From an uncultured virus (IMG/VR IMGVR_UViG_3300042868_008818) (Duplodnaviria > Heunggongvirae > Uroviricota > Caudoviricetes): 64,000 nt of DNA. Every line of letters begins with the position of its first letter. Within the stretch, counting starts at the first letter, position 1. The position numbers and the translations under genes are program-made. The notes under the pieces are model-generated. The model was not told where the DNA came from. It did not search any database and saw nothing but the letters and a program-made list of their open reading frames with translations. Below are positions 9,276 through 19,108 of the stretch, piece by piece. Location: the IMG/VR virus record IMGVR_UViG_3300042868_008818, positions 1 through 64,000 of that record; one strand, given 5' to 3'.

Positions 9276-9994
9276 AACTTGGAATCTATTTCTCTCCCTA
9301 TTGTTTCGTATATTTTTAAATTACCGTGTGGATCTGAAACTTTACCAATTGGCGTATTTATAATTTTTGCTCCTTGGTTTTTGAATACGTTATAATACCT
9401 CTCAACATTTGATTCTTTAGTATCTTTGTTTCCTCCCCATCCCCAAGATCCCTGAACAACGTAAAAATTGGCCTTAGGGAAAGTTTTTTCTAAGTTGTCA
9501 AACAACCCACTGATGTCATCATTTGTGTTGAATCCTCCATTGGTACCAATACTTATGATCACATTTTTAACGGTGTTATCCGTCTCATATTTTTTAACCG
9601 CATTTTTTAACCAACTTACACCTATTCCACCTAACCATAAAGACTCTTCGCTACCTTTAGTTGATATTCTACTTGCCTTATCGGTCTTATTATCAATGTA
9701 TGGAACCTGTGAGTCACCAATTATAATGTTTTTATTTTCTATTTTAGAGTTTTCAGACGAAAATGATTTCTTTTCTACTTCTTTTTTTATTTCTTTTTCA
9801 ACCTCATCTTTGGTAGGTTCTTTTCCTTTAAACTTACTCATTATTTTTTTAAGAATATACCCCACCGCGGCACCTCCCAAAACATATTTACCTATTGTAC
9901 CTAAAATACTAAATAAACCTTCATTAATTGGTTGATTTTTTAGCTTGTTATTAACAAGTTTTTTAAATTGTTCTTCTGTTATTTTTATTTTCAT
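9272..9994 (-). CDS. Leader-bearing SGNH/GDSL-like hydrolase
   Basis: MKIKITEEQ...INE; hydrophobic segment; IIGDSQ, IGTNG, DPH. Confidence 0.65.
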   Translation of the reverse strand: MKIKITEEQFKKLVNNKLKNQPINEGLFSILGTIGKYVLGGAAVGYILKKIMSKFKGKEPTKDEVEKEIKKEVEKKSFSSENSKIENKNIIIGDSQVPYIDNKTDKASRISTKGSEESLWLGGIGVSWLKNAVKKYETDNTVKNVIISIGTNGGFNTNDDISGLFDNLEKTFPKANFYVVQGSWGWGGNKDTKESNVERYYNVFKNQGAKIINTPIGKVSDPHGNLKIYETIGREIDSKL

Positions 9995-10153
9995 TTTTTT
10001 ATTTAATAAATATTTGGTTAATCTCTTTAAATACTTTTTTTTGTATAAAATATAATTATGAAAAATTTAGAAAAAGTATTGTATAGAGTTAATGTATATG
10101 TTTTGTATTGTGTGGTAATATATTATATTATGTTAATTATAAAAAACTAACTA

Positions 10154-12685
10154 CTAACCAACAATCTTAGGAGTTTCGGCATCTATAATAAAAGTACCCA
10201 TAGGTGAGCCATCCCATTTTCGTTCTATTACAGATCCAGGTAATTCCATAGTATTAGAACGAAATGGAGTACCATCCAATGGGTTATATTTTATTTTCCC
10301 CCTTTTACCATCTTCACGAACAGTTCTTTCCAATCCTTTTTGTTTTCCCGTTATAATTGTTATACCATTATTTGGATCATAAAATCCCGCTAAATCTATT
10401 TGACTTGGTTTTCCAACTTTTTGTGACATTAATATTTCACACCAATAAGTATTGGTTCCTTTTTTTGGAATCCAATTCCCAGTTCTTTTACCATTAATAA
10501 TTTCAAATTCACCTTCTTCTATTTTTGTTGCGGTTTTTGTTTGTACTGTTTTAACCCCCCCACCAAAAATATTTTTTGTGTCAATAATTATTTGGTCAAT
10601 ACTTAATTGAGTATCTATAGGAGATCCGTTACTTGCGGTGTATTCGACTTTTAATCCATTTTTTTCAAATAATTCATTAACTTTTTGTTCGGAGAAATCA
10701 CCTACCGCTGTATTTTTTTTTATGTTTTTTGTTATATCATCAACCCTATTAATCCAATTTTTTACGTATTTTTCATTTTGATTTAATTTAAGTTTTATAT
10801 TTTCAAATTCTTTGTCTAATTCATTTTTTAATTTTAGTTTTTCTGGGGTATCTTTAACTGCCTTATTATAATCTTGTATTTTTTTAACAAAATCATCATA
10901 TTCATCTTTAGTTAAAATTGTTTTTATAAAAGTTGTCAACTCAAGTGGATTATCTCTATAATTTGTATCTAATTTATTTAAAGGTGACCAATCGCCATTT
11001 TCATCATAAATTCTTTTATAATTGTTTTTAACATCATTAATAAATTCATCTAAAGTCATTTTTTTTGTTCCACCTTCCATTGTGGTGGTGTAAATTTTTT
11101 TGTCCCCAAATTTACTTTTTAATAATTCTAAACCTTTTAAATATTCTTCAATTTCCTGTTTAGAGGCTCCTTCAACATATAATTTTTTATAATCTTTAAG
11201 AAATTTATCCCCCAAATCTCTAATTAAACCTATACCTTTACTATAATATATCCCATTTTTTCCAAAAATATCATGTACTATTTTGTCATTTCCTTTTACC
11301 TCAATCTGAATAACTTCATCGACCAAGTCATCAATAAAATTATCTGTTTTATTCATTTTTTTTAAATAATCCTCCATTGATCCTAAACCCATTAAAGATC
11401 TTTTTTCGTTTAATTTATTTAAAAATTCAACGTCATCTATTAGTCTTTGGGGACTTTCATAGAAATAGATTTTACCATCTAATTCTATTGGTCTTGGGAT
11501 CCATTCCCCATTTTCATTTACTCCTCCTTGTGATCCATATGTTTGTTTACCATTAATTAATTCCCCAAAATCTTCCATCCCACTATCCCTGTAACCAACA
11601 ACACTAGTGTTTGTATTAACCATTACTCTATCTTCTAACATTGCAATACCCATCTTTATATCTTGCGAATTAGTTGAGAATTTTGTTTCTAAGGTTTGTT
11701 GGTTATTTTGTAAAATTTTAAGTATCTCTTTTTGAAATTCTATGTCATTATCTGAATGTTGTATTATGATCCATAAATTTTCTAAATCCTCAAATGTATT
11801 TAGATTTTTTATAAAGTTTTCTTTGTCATTCCCCATTAATTTTTTTAATTCTGTTTGATTGGCAATATCTGTGGTAATATCTAAGTATTCTCCCTGTCTT
11901 ATTGATTGGTCACTATTGGCAAGTACTTTTAGTTTATCGGATATGTCTTTTATTGTTAACACACCTACATTTGTGTCCGCAATTGTTAATGCAGTCTTTA
12001 AGTCATTCATATTAGTTTTTACATCACCACTAATTTGTTTTTCATTACCTCTAAACTCATCAATTTGATTTTTAATGTCTAATAAATATTTACCCATAGG
12101 GTTGTCTGTAGGAATTTCATCTATTAAAGATAAAATTTTACCTTCAAGTTCGTTAATTAACTCTTCAGGTAAATCAGAATTTTTTATTCCTCCTTTATTA
12201 TAAACATATTTTAAGGAATCCAAAAAAGTAGAATTATTAGCATTAATTTGTTGATCCATTATTTTTTTAAACGCATCATTTAATGTAATAACAGAGTTTA
12301 AACCTGCGGTTGCTATATCATTTCTTGTTACTCTTGTTATTACATTATCAAAAAATCTAAAAACATCATTTTCAGGTAAATTGTTAATTATTTTTGTTAA
12401 ATTTGTTCTAATTAAATCTGTCATTTTTCCTTCATCAACCAAATTACCATATTCGTCACCATATTTTTGGTTAAACTCTTCAATAATATTTTTAAGGTAT
12501 CCTTTTTCAATATCTGTAAGATTTTGTGTGGTTTTTTTCACTAAGGATTTAATTATTTGCATCGCATCGCCGTAACCAGTATTCTCATTTAATAAAAATT
12601 TATTATATAAAAAAGATTCATTAATAAAATTTTTCAATCCCATTAACTCATGTATCCTACTTATTTCCGTTAAAAGTTTACTCAT
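10154..12685 (-). CDS. Large leader-bearing multidomain protein (DUF6624-like domain; possible C-terminal PD-(D/E)xK-like nuclease)
   Basis: MSKLLTEISRIHELMGL; LWIIIQHSDND...LEDRV...QTYGSQ...NEKRSLMGL; GDFSE...IDQII...VQTK. Confidence 0.6.
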   Translation of the reverse strand: MSKLLTEISRIHELMGLKNFINESFLYNKFLLNENTGYGDAMQIIKSLVKKTTQNLTDIEKGYLKNIIEEFNQKYGDEYGNLVDEGKMTDLIRTNLTKIINNLPENDVFRFFDNVITRVTRNDIATAGLNSVITLNDAFKKIMDQQINANNSTFLDSLKYVYNKGGIKNSDLPEELINELEGKILSLIDEIPTDNPMGKYLLDIKNQIDEFRGNEKQISGDVKTNMNDLKTALTIADTNVGVLTIKDISDKLKVLANSDQSIRQGEYLDITTDIANQTELKKLMGNDKENFIKNLNTFEDLENLWIIIQHSDNDIEFQKEILKILQNNQQTLETKFSTNSQDIKMGIAMLEDRVMVNTNTSVVGYRDSGMEDFGELINGKQTYGSQGGVNENGEWIPRPIELDGKIYFYESPQRLIDDVEFLNKLNEKRSLMGLGSMEDYLKKMNKTDNFIDDLVDEVIQIEVKGNDKIVHDIFGKNGIYYSKGIGLIRDLGDKFLKDYKKLYVEGASKQEIEEYLKGLELLKSKFGDKKIYTTTMEGGTKKMTLDEFINDVKNNYKRIYDENGDWSPLNKLDTNYRDNPLELTTFIKTILTKDEYDDFVKKIQDYNKAVKDTPEKLKLKNELDKEFENIKLKLNQNEKYVKNWINRVDDITKNIKKNTAVGDFSEQKVNELFEKNGLKVEYTASNGSPIDTQLSIDQIIIDTKNIFGGGVKTVQTKTATKIEEGEFEIINGKRTGNWIPKKGTNTYWCEILMSQKVGKPSQIDLAGFYDPNNGITIITGKQKGLERTVREDGKRGKIKYNPLDGTPFRSNTMELPGSVIERKWDGSPMGTFIIDAETPKIVG

Positions 12686-12872
12686 AACTTTCCCAAAATT
12701 TTAATAATTCTTTGTCTTTATATCTTTTTACTTTTTGATCCCAACCACATATATAACAGATAAAAGGATGATCATCATTTTTTTTCATTTTCCATGAATG
12801 ATCACACTTTTTACAAACTATGTTATCTCCAAATAATTTATCTGACTGTCTTTCTGTAATTATAATTTTCAT
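12678..12872 (-). CDS. Leader-bearing zinc-ribbon protein
   Basis: MKIIITERQ; CKKC...CYIC. Confidence 0.75.
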   Translation of the reverse strand: MKIIITERQSDKLFGDNIVCKKCDHSWKMKKNDDHPFICYICGWDQKVKRYKDKELLKFWESYE

Positions 12873-13369
12873 CTTTTTAAAGTGTTAATTATTTCTTCTT
12901 GGAAGAAGTTTTGAATTTCAGATTCACTGTCTTCACTTTTTAATGTGTCTTGTAATCTTACGTCATCATCATTTAATACACTATAAAAATCATAGTCAGT
13001 TAAATACCCTCTTTTATCTGTAACAATAACGCCAAGAAACTCATCTCCATTGAATGTTATTTCTCCATAATATTCTACCTCATCACCTTTATTAATTTCT
13101 TCGGAGAATTCAAATCTAAATGTCCTACCTTTTAGATTATATTTAAATCTCATTCCCTCTCTTTCATCAACCTTGTGAACATCTTCAATATCAAATATGA
13201 AATCTTCTGGATTACCTCCTCTTTCCGTAAAACTTTTAAAGGCTCTCAATATATCTTTTTCTGATGGTTTTAAATCTTCACCTTTATTCATTTTTGAATA
13301 TAGGTCAAGTACCTGATCAAGATTTTCTTTTAGGTAATTAAACTGTGATTCTGTAAGAATTATTTTCAT
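12869..13369 (-). CDS. Leader-bearing hypothetical protein
   Basis: MKIILTESQFNYLKE. Confidence 0.8.
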   Translation of the reverse strand: MKIILTESQFNYLKENLDQVLDLYSKMNKGEDLKPSEKDILRAFKSFTERGGNPEDFIFDIEDVHKVDEREGMRFKYNLKGRTFRFEFSEEINKGDEVEYYGEITFNGDEFLGVIVTDKRGYLTDYDFYSVLNDDDVRLQDTLKSEDSESEIQNFFQEEIINTLKR

Positions 13370-13373
13370 TTTT

Positions 13374-14060
13374 TTATTTAAAATCGTCTCTTGTGATTAT
13401 TTTTTCCATTCCAGAATCATACCATTCTCTTGATGACCAAATGTGTGAACTACTAATAAATCCATTATTACTTATTTGTAATGTCCCTGATGATCCATCA
13501 TCAAGTTCCCATCCACTATGTTCCGATTCTAAGTAATCATATGCCATGTTTACAATAGGCATAGTTTCCTCATTATGTTCCCAAGTGTAAATACTCTCTT
13601 CTTTACCATCAACAGACACTGAATTTATTTGCCCACTATCACCACCACCATCATATGAAAAATTAATAATTGATATTTTTTTTTCATTCATATATTTTAT
13701 TGTATCTGAAGTTTCAATAGGAAATTTACGTTCATTATATGTATCATGATCAACATATTCTTCAACAGAAACTCTTAATTCAAGTGTTTTATTTTTTGGT
13801 CTAAATATTGCCACTAACTGATACCCTTCAGTTTCACTATATGCGTTATCTAATAAATTGTCAGTTGCAAATTCTTCAATAATACTAACAATAATATTCA
13901 TTATAGATGACGGTATTTTTTTTCTGCCTAAATCATTACTTCCATATTCCCAATCTACATTTTCAATACCTGCCTCCCACATTGTCCATTCAAATCTTAT
14001 CTCATTTTGTTCATAAGATGATAAAAAGTTCATAATATTATCAAAAATTCTTTTTTCCAT
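13374..14060 (-). CDS. DUF6878-like protein
   Basis: FSYDGGGDSGQI...GWELDDGSSG; adjacent to a DUF6915-like gene. Confidence 0.65.
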   Translation of the reverse strand: MEKRIFDNIMNFLSSYEQNEIRFEWTMWEAGIENVDWEYGSNDLGRKKIPSSIMNIIVSIIEEFATDNLLDNAYSETEGYQLVAIFRPKNKTLELRVSVEEYVDHDTYNERKFPIETSDTIKYMNEKKISIINFSYDGGGDSGQINSVSVDGKEESIYTWEHNEETMPIVNMAYDYLESEHSGWELDDGSSGTLQISNNGFISSSHIWSSREWYDSGMEKIITRDDFK

Positions 14061-14072
14061 AGTTATAAATAT

Positions 14073-14426
14073 CTAATCATCAAATTTAAGATCCAAAGTT
14101 CTAATCATCCACATTGGTTTTTCTTTTTCTTGTAATGCTTTTATCCATTCTTTCGCAGATGGTACGTGATTAAAGCAGTCTTCTTTAACATGATCCTCAC
14201 CAACATATCTGGTATAAACCGTTTTTCCATCACTGTTTTGAAATGATGGTCCGAACACTTTTTCACATTCAAATATACCCTCACTATGGTGTCTAAACGC
14301 CCTATGATATGAGTGTCCAATCCATGCTTTTGTTTCATCAAACCATTCATGTATCTTTATGTAATCTTCAACTTTTCCTCCATATTTTTTAACAGAACTT
14401 TTTGCATGTATTTGTGGGTGTGCCAT
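14073..14426 (-). CDS. DUF6915-like His-rich protein
   Basis: MAHPQIHAKSS...HEWFDETK...HRAFRHHSEGI...HVKEDC. Confidence 0.75.
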   Translation of the reverse strand: MAHPQIHAKSSVKKYGGKVEDYIKIHEWFDETKAWIGHSYHRAFRHHSEGIFECEKVFGPSFQNSDGKTVYTRYVGEDHVKEDCFNHVPSAKEWIKALQEKEKPMWMIRTLDLKFDD

Positions 14427-14487
14427 AATTTTTACTTTTTAATAAATATAGTTTTTTACTTCATGTTTTTGTAGTATTTATTTAAAT

Positions 14488-15054
14488 ATGAAAGATCTTG
14501 TTAGGACTATACTTAGAGAAAATTCTCATTTAGAAACGTTAAAAAAATATTTTTGGGATATTTGGACTAACGAAGTAAATTCAGGTAAAATACCTAAAAT
14601 AGGTTACGTAGATATTCGTAGAAAAAACTTATCTAAATATATTAAGCAAATAGATAAGTGGTATAATGAATTTGTTGGTGGTAGTGATGAGTCTTTTAAA
14701 TTATTTGATCGTTACATGACAAATTTAACTGTTACGGATGTTGACATGCGAAAAGCGAATCAACCTATTAACCCTGAAGACAAATTTGAAATTTTGATTA
14801 CTCGTATTTTTAATGAATCTTATGACGAAAACATTGTAAAACAAACTTTAGAATTTGGTTTTATGATTAAAGATGCGACATTATTAACTGATGAAGGTAG
14901 ATTGACTTGGGATGAACTTTGGGACGAAAAGTACGATGATCTTTGGAATGATATTGAGAATTGGTTAAGAGGAGAACTTGAGGGTTATGTTCACACGATT
15001 CAATTAGATTTTGGTTTAGACTACCTATATATTGATTCCCAATGGGATGATTAA
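14488..15054 (+). CDS. Leader-bearing hypothetical protein
   Basis: MKDLVRTILRE; TATTTAT 6 nt upstream on + strand. Confidence 0.8.
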   Translation: MKDLVRTILRENSHLETLKKYFWDIWTNEVNSGKIPKIGYVDIRRKNLSKYIKQIDKWYNEFVGGSDESFKLFDRYMTNLTVTDVDMRKANQPINPEDKFEILITRIFNESYDENIVKQTLEFGFMIKDATLLTDEGRLTWDELWDEKYDDLWNDIENWLRGELEGYVHTIQLDFGLDYLYIDSQWDD

Positions 15055-15060
15055 AAAATA

Positions 15061-15086
15061 AAAAAGTCGAACTTTCATCCGACTTT
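15061..15086. terminator. Bidirectional terminator between convergent genes
   Basis: aaagtcg...cgacttt. Confidence 0.6.
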
Positions 15087-15092
15087 ATCTTT

Positions 15093-15323
15093 TTATTTCT
15101 TTATCATATGGTATTCCATCATTTCGGTTGCTTTAGCCACCGCTTGGTCTTTGGTTTTAAACCCACGTTCTTTAATATTTTTAGCGTGTATGATTTGATA
15201 AGTAGTTGAGGCAACTTCTTTGTTTTCTCCTCTTCCTGGTTTTTTTCTCATTGCATCTGCCGCGTAAACATCTAAAAAACCAACTTTACAAATGTAACGA
15301 CCTTTTGTTGTACCCTTTCCCAT
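15093..15323 (-). CDS. Small basic hypothetical protein
   Basis: 76 aa; TATATTTG upstream. Confidence 0.7.
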   Translation of the reverse strand: MGKGTTKGRYICKVGFLDVYAADAMRKKPGRGENKEVASTTYQIIHAKNIKERGFKTKDQAVAKATEMMEYHMIKK

Positions 15324-15369
15324 TTTTTTATTTTTTTGTTTTAATTAATACTTCTACAAATATAGTATT

Positions 15370-15738
15370 TTATTTTTGATCTGACAATATGAAATTTAAA
15401 AAATTTCTAATTGTTTTCATAAATTTTTGTCTTTCTGGGTTGTTGACATTATTTGAACCAAAAAACCAATCACCAACCATATCAGTTTCCTCAACTAACA
15501 TTTCAATAGTTTTTCTTTCCATATCTTTTTTACTACTGAAACTATTAAAACCAAAACCAGGAAATCCTTCAAATCTATATTCGGTAACTTCTAATGGTTT
15601 TTCATTATACCAATCAGAACCTAAATTTTTTTTTTCTATTTTGACTCTTCTTATTAAGAAGTTTAATAATGAACGATCAATCTCCTCGTGTTGTGAGGAG
15701 ATTTGATCCTTTTCATTTTCATTTATTATTATTTTCAT
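15370..15738 (-). CDS. Leader-bearing hypothetical protein
   Basis: MKIIINENE. Confidence 0.75.
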   Translation of the reverse strand: MKIIINENEKDQISSQHEEIDRSLLNFLIRRVKIEKKNLGSDWYNEKPLEVTEYRFEGFPGFGFNSFSSKKDMERKTIEMLVEETDMVGDWFFGSNNVNNPERQKFMKTIRNFLNFILSDQK

Positions 15739-16268
15739 TTAAGAAATTTCAATTTATAGATTGTTGAGTTAATTAACTCCTGTACCGTATCAATTTGATT
15801 TTGAATATAACTATCTTCAATAGATTCTCTATTTTCATCAATTATATCTAATAATTTTTCAAAATAAGAAATTGTTTTTTTACAGTTTTTATATTGTTCA
15901 ATTTTAAATGTTTTGAAGTTTTTAATAATTCCGTATTTACCTTGGTAAGATTCTATAATCCCATCAAATAAATCAACAACTCCATCATAGTAATTGTTTA
16001 ATGCATTGTGTTCGGCAAATGATTGTGTTTGAAGGTGAAATACGTGTGCTTGGTTTCTTGAATGTAAGATGTTACAAACCATTTCACAAAAATCTTCATT
16101 ACCGTCATCTTCTTGGTCATCCTCATCATCCTCCTCATCATCATCGTCTTCTTCTTGATCGTTATCATCATCGTCTTGATCATCCTCGTCCTCATCTTCT
16201 TCGAACAATCTACGTTTTTTTAATTCTTCAAATAATTTATTGGTTAGATCTTTTTCATTAATTTTCAT
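15735..16268 (-). CDS. Ferritin/Dps-like four-helix protein (DUF5856-like) with acidic linker
   Basis: QAHVFHLQTQSFAEHNALNNYYD...ESYQGKYG...YKLKFL; long D/E tract. Confidence 0.7.
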   Translation of the reverse strand: MKINEKDLTNKLFEELKKRRLFEEDEDEDDQDDDDNDQEEDDDDEEDDEDDQEDDGNEDFCEMVCNILHSRNQAHVFHLQTQSFAEHNALNNYYDGVVDLFDGIIESYQGKYGIIKNFKTFKIEQYKNCKKTISYFEKLLDIIDENRESIEDSYIQNQIDTVQELINSTIYKLKFLK

Positions 16269-16294
16269 AGTTTTTTTTATTATAAATATATTGT

Positions 16295-16978
16295 TTATTT
16301 ATAGTCTTCAGGTTTTATTGTTAAATTTAAATTAGTTGGTTCATATTCTTCAGTATAATCAAATCCACTCATTAAAATATCATCACCCCATAATCTTACT
16401 TCACCTTTAGATCCCACACCTTCATTCCAATATTTACCTTCACGTAAAATCATTAATTCGTTAACAACTGTCCAATAATTTTCATCATCATCAAATTCAT
16501 ATTTATTATTATTAACATAAACTTTTGTGATTGATCCGTCATCCCAATTTCCATAAAATTCTATATCAACAATGTTTTCATTGTTATTTGTTAATACATT
16601 AATAATATTTCTTGTATCTTCTTTTAAGTCATTTAAAATGTATTCCCTTTCAAATTCATCCTCTTTTTCCTGTTTACAGGAACTTCGGAAGTTTATTTCT
16701 TTTACTTCTGTATTAATAAGAATAGTTAAATACCAATATTCATCAATATCGTAATTATTGTATCTATCAAACTTGTATTCGTATTCTTCCAATAGATCTT
16801 CAATTACTTTCACTAAAAAATTTGGTAACTTTCTTGATTGTCTTCGATCTTTTACATCATATATTATTGATTCATCCCAATCCTCAATACGATTTCTATC
16901 CAAAGTCATATTGATTTCACCAAGACTAACCCCCATTTGTTTTAAAAGTTCAAAAAATAATATAAGCCTTTTATTCAT
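16295..16978 (-). CDS. Paralog of 13374..14060 (DUF6878-like)
   Basis: Near-identical length (227 vs 228 aa); FYGNWDDGSI and YWNEGVGSKG align with FSYDGGGDSGQI and GWELDDGSSG. Confidence 0.6.
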   Translation of the reverse strand: MNKRLILFFELLKQMGVSLGEINMTLDRNRIEDWDESIIYDVKDRRQSRKLPNFLVKVIEDLLEEYEYKFDRYNNYDIDEYWYLTILINTEVKEINFRSSCKQEKEDEFEREYILNDLKEDTRNIINVLTNNNENIVDIEFYGNWDDGSITKVYVNNNKYEFDDDENYWTVVNELMILREGKYWNEGVGSKGEVRLWGDDILMSGFDYTEEYEPTNLNLTIKPEDYK

Positions 16979-17007
16979 ATCTCTATAAATATAAGGCTTA
17001 TATTATT

Positions 17008-17700
17008 TTAAATAAATTCAATCTCATTAGTCTCAGAATCCCAATCAATAGTTACTGGTTTGTTTCGGTATTCATATCGACCATTTAAAACCGATGCATT
17101 GATAAAGTGAGTATTACCATCAAACACATATCCATAACCTTCGTGGATGTGTCCAAATACGTGGATTTTTGGTTTTATTTCTTGAACTCGTTTCATAAGT
17201 TCTTCACAACCAACATTTACGTTATCGTAAGGTACGTAATCCAATTTACCGAATGGTGGTCCGTGAGTGATAAGGATATCAGTATTTACTGGAATCATAT
17301 CCCACTTCTCTTTTAACTTCTCACCACGAGGAAGATTGAATGCCCAATTATGAAACTCAGGTTGCCAAGGTGTTCCCCATATTTTTACCATAGTGTCTAC
17401 ATCTTCACCAATACCCATCCAATCATCTTGAAGATAATCTATTGTTTTATAACCTGTAAGTAATCCTTTAACTTTTTCATTATCATCTTGGAATCCAAAA
17501 TCGTGATTTCCTGCAATAAAAACTTTAGTGTCGTAGTTATTGATGTTATCATACCATTTAGCAAAGTTTTCTATTTCAGTAATATAACCACGTCCTGTTA
17601 AGTCACCGGCGTGGACAAGAATATCTCCACCAGTCAAGAACCCACTAAGTTTATCGTGTTTGGTGTGGGTGTCGCTTATAAATGTGATTCTTTTTTTCAT
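17008..17700 (-). CDS. Calcineurin-like metallophosphoesterase (MPPED-like)
   Basis: SDTH, HAGD, AGNHD, THGPP, FGHIHE. Confidence 0.9.
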   Translation of the reverse strand: MKKRITFISDTHTKHDKLSGFLTGGDILVHAGDLTGRGYITEIENFAKWYDNINNYDTKVFIAGNHDFGFQDDNEKVKGLLTGYKTIDYLQDDWMGIGEDVDTMVKIWGTPWQPEFHNWAFNLPRGEKLKEKWDMIPVNTDILITHGPPFGKLDYVPYDNVNVGCEELMKRVQEIKPKIHVFGHIHEGYGYVFDGNTHFINASVLNGRYEYRNKPVTIDWDSETNEIEFI

Positions 17701-17736
17701 AGTACAAATATAAGGAATTTTATTAAATAAAAAAAA

Positions 17737-17973
17737 TTAACTTATAATTTTAATTTCACTTTCTGTTTCAATAACCACTCTTGCACCACAACTAATAATT
17801 GGTTTTTTATCTCCACTACCACAATACTTTATTTTACTTGGTCCAAGTATTTCTACTTCATTACAGTACGTATTTGTTTTACCCTCCTTAATTGTGATAA
17901 CAGGAAGATCTGTGTCCTTTGTTTTATTGGACCTGACGTGGTGTTGGTTAACGTGGATTCTTTTTATCCCCAC
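17737..17973 (-). CDS. Small phage hypothetical protein
   Basis: IHVNQH...SCGARVVIET; GTG start. Confidence 0.7.
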   Translation of the reverse strand: MGIKRIHVNQHHVRSNKTKDTDLPVITIKEGKTNTYCNEVEILGPSKIKYCGSGDKKPIISCGARVVIETESEIKIIS

Positions 17974-18046
17974 CCTCTATTAGATTGTGACATCGCGTTT
18001 ATTCTTTGTTGTTCTAACCAACCTAAAAAATTAAATAGTTTTTTAA

Positions 18047-18259
18047 TCATTTTTTAAATCTATCAAATGGTTCTTTTTTAAAAACGTATCCTGAAATATC
18101 TAAGTATCTCAATAACTCTCTATCCCCCTCAATTATTGAGTGAGGTATGAAAGATTTTCCTCTATCCTGTTTATTATTACCATCAATTTTAATCATTCCT
18201 ATTTTGTATCCAAAACGGTTCGCCAACCATTTAATGAATAATGCGGGATATCTTTTCAT
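18047..18259 (-). CDS. Hypothetical protein
   Basis: ORF track; operon context. Confidence 0.6.
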   Translation of the reverse strand: MKRYPALFIKWLANRFGYKIGMIKIDGNNKQDRGKSFIPHSIIEGDRELLRYLDISGYVFKKEPFDRFKK

Positions 18260-18359
18260 AATTTATATTGTTTTATTTTAAATATATAAAAAAAATTTTG
18301 GTTATCTAAGTTTTCTTAAAATATATTTTAATAATTTGTATCTTAATTTGTATAACATA

Positions 18360-18740
18360 TCAATTTATTTTAATCCATTTATTATCGTGATTATATTTAA
18401 AAGACCCAATGTGTTCACGATTCCATTCTTTTGGACCTATCAAAGATAAAAAAACATTTCCTTCTTTACCATAATAAAGATGATATATTTTTCCAATTAC
18501 AGGTTCAAAACTAAACTTTGCTTTATAAACTAAATCATTCCATTTATATTCATCAATTAGTTTTTGATATTCTTTCTTTAACTCATTAAACTTATCTTGG
18601 AATTGTTGATTAACATTAACAATTCTTGGTTCTTTCCAATTTTGTATATTAGGAACATATATTGCAGGTGCCCCAATATTACTACCATAAGGTAATAGAG
18701 CTGCATTATCTACAAAACTATCAGGTTTTTTATTCGACAT
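18360..18740 (-). CDS. DUF2452-like protein
   Basis: LPYGSNIGAPAI...FEPVIGKIYHLY...FLSLIGPKEW. Confidence 0.7.
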   Translation of the reverse strand: MSNKKPDSFVDNAALLPYGSNIGAPAIYVPNIQNWKEPRIVNVNQQFQDKFNELKKEYQKLIDEYKWNDLVYKAKFSFEPVIGKIYHLYYGKEGNVFLSLIGPKEWNREHIGSFKYNHDNKWIKIN

Positions 18741-19108
18741 TAACTTATTATTTTTTCAACATATGTGCAAGTTTCACCTTCAGTAAAACCTTTTTCTAAA
18801 AGTAATGGTAAAGATCCTGGTTTACACCAAGCATATACAGTGAAACCTTTATACCTCTCTCTTACATATTCCCACCTTGTATCCCATAACCTCCTGAAGA
18901 TACCTTTGAGTCTATGCTCTTCGTGTACCCAAGCATCTAAGAATTTAATTTTATTGTTTTCTTCTCGCTCCATGTATATGTGACCTACAATATCTCCATT
19001 CAACATAGCAATCCAAGTCTCTAACTGCTGTGCATTGCTTTTTAAGTGGATGATTTTTATGTCTTCTATCATAGATTGTTTATTTAATTGACTTAACCGC
19101 TCTAGCAT
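18740..19108 (-). CDS. GNAT-family acetyltransferase
   Basis: WVHEEHRLKGIF motif A and C-terminal KGF; true start may be 19072. Confidence 0.8.
   Translation of the reverse strand: MLERLSQLNKQSMIEDIKIIHLKSNAQQLETWIAMLNGDIVGHIYMEREENNKIKFLDAWVHEEHRLKGIFRRLWDTRWEYVRERYKGFTVYAWCKPGSLPLLLEKGFTEGETCTYVEKIIS

Noticed and set aside
16090..16205. tca/tcc/tct repeat tract as CRISPR or satellite
   Set aside because: It is the coding sequence of an acidic protein linker; no repeat-spacer structure.
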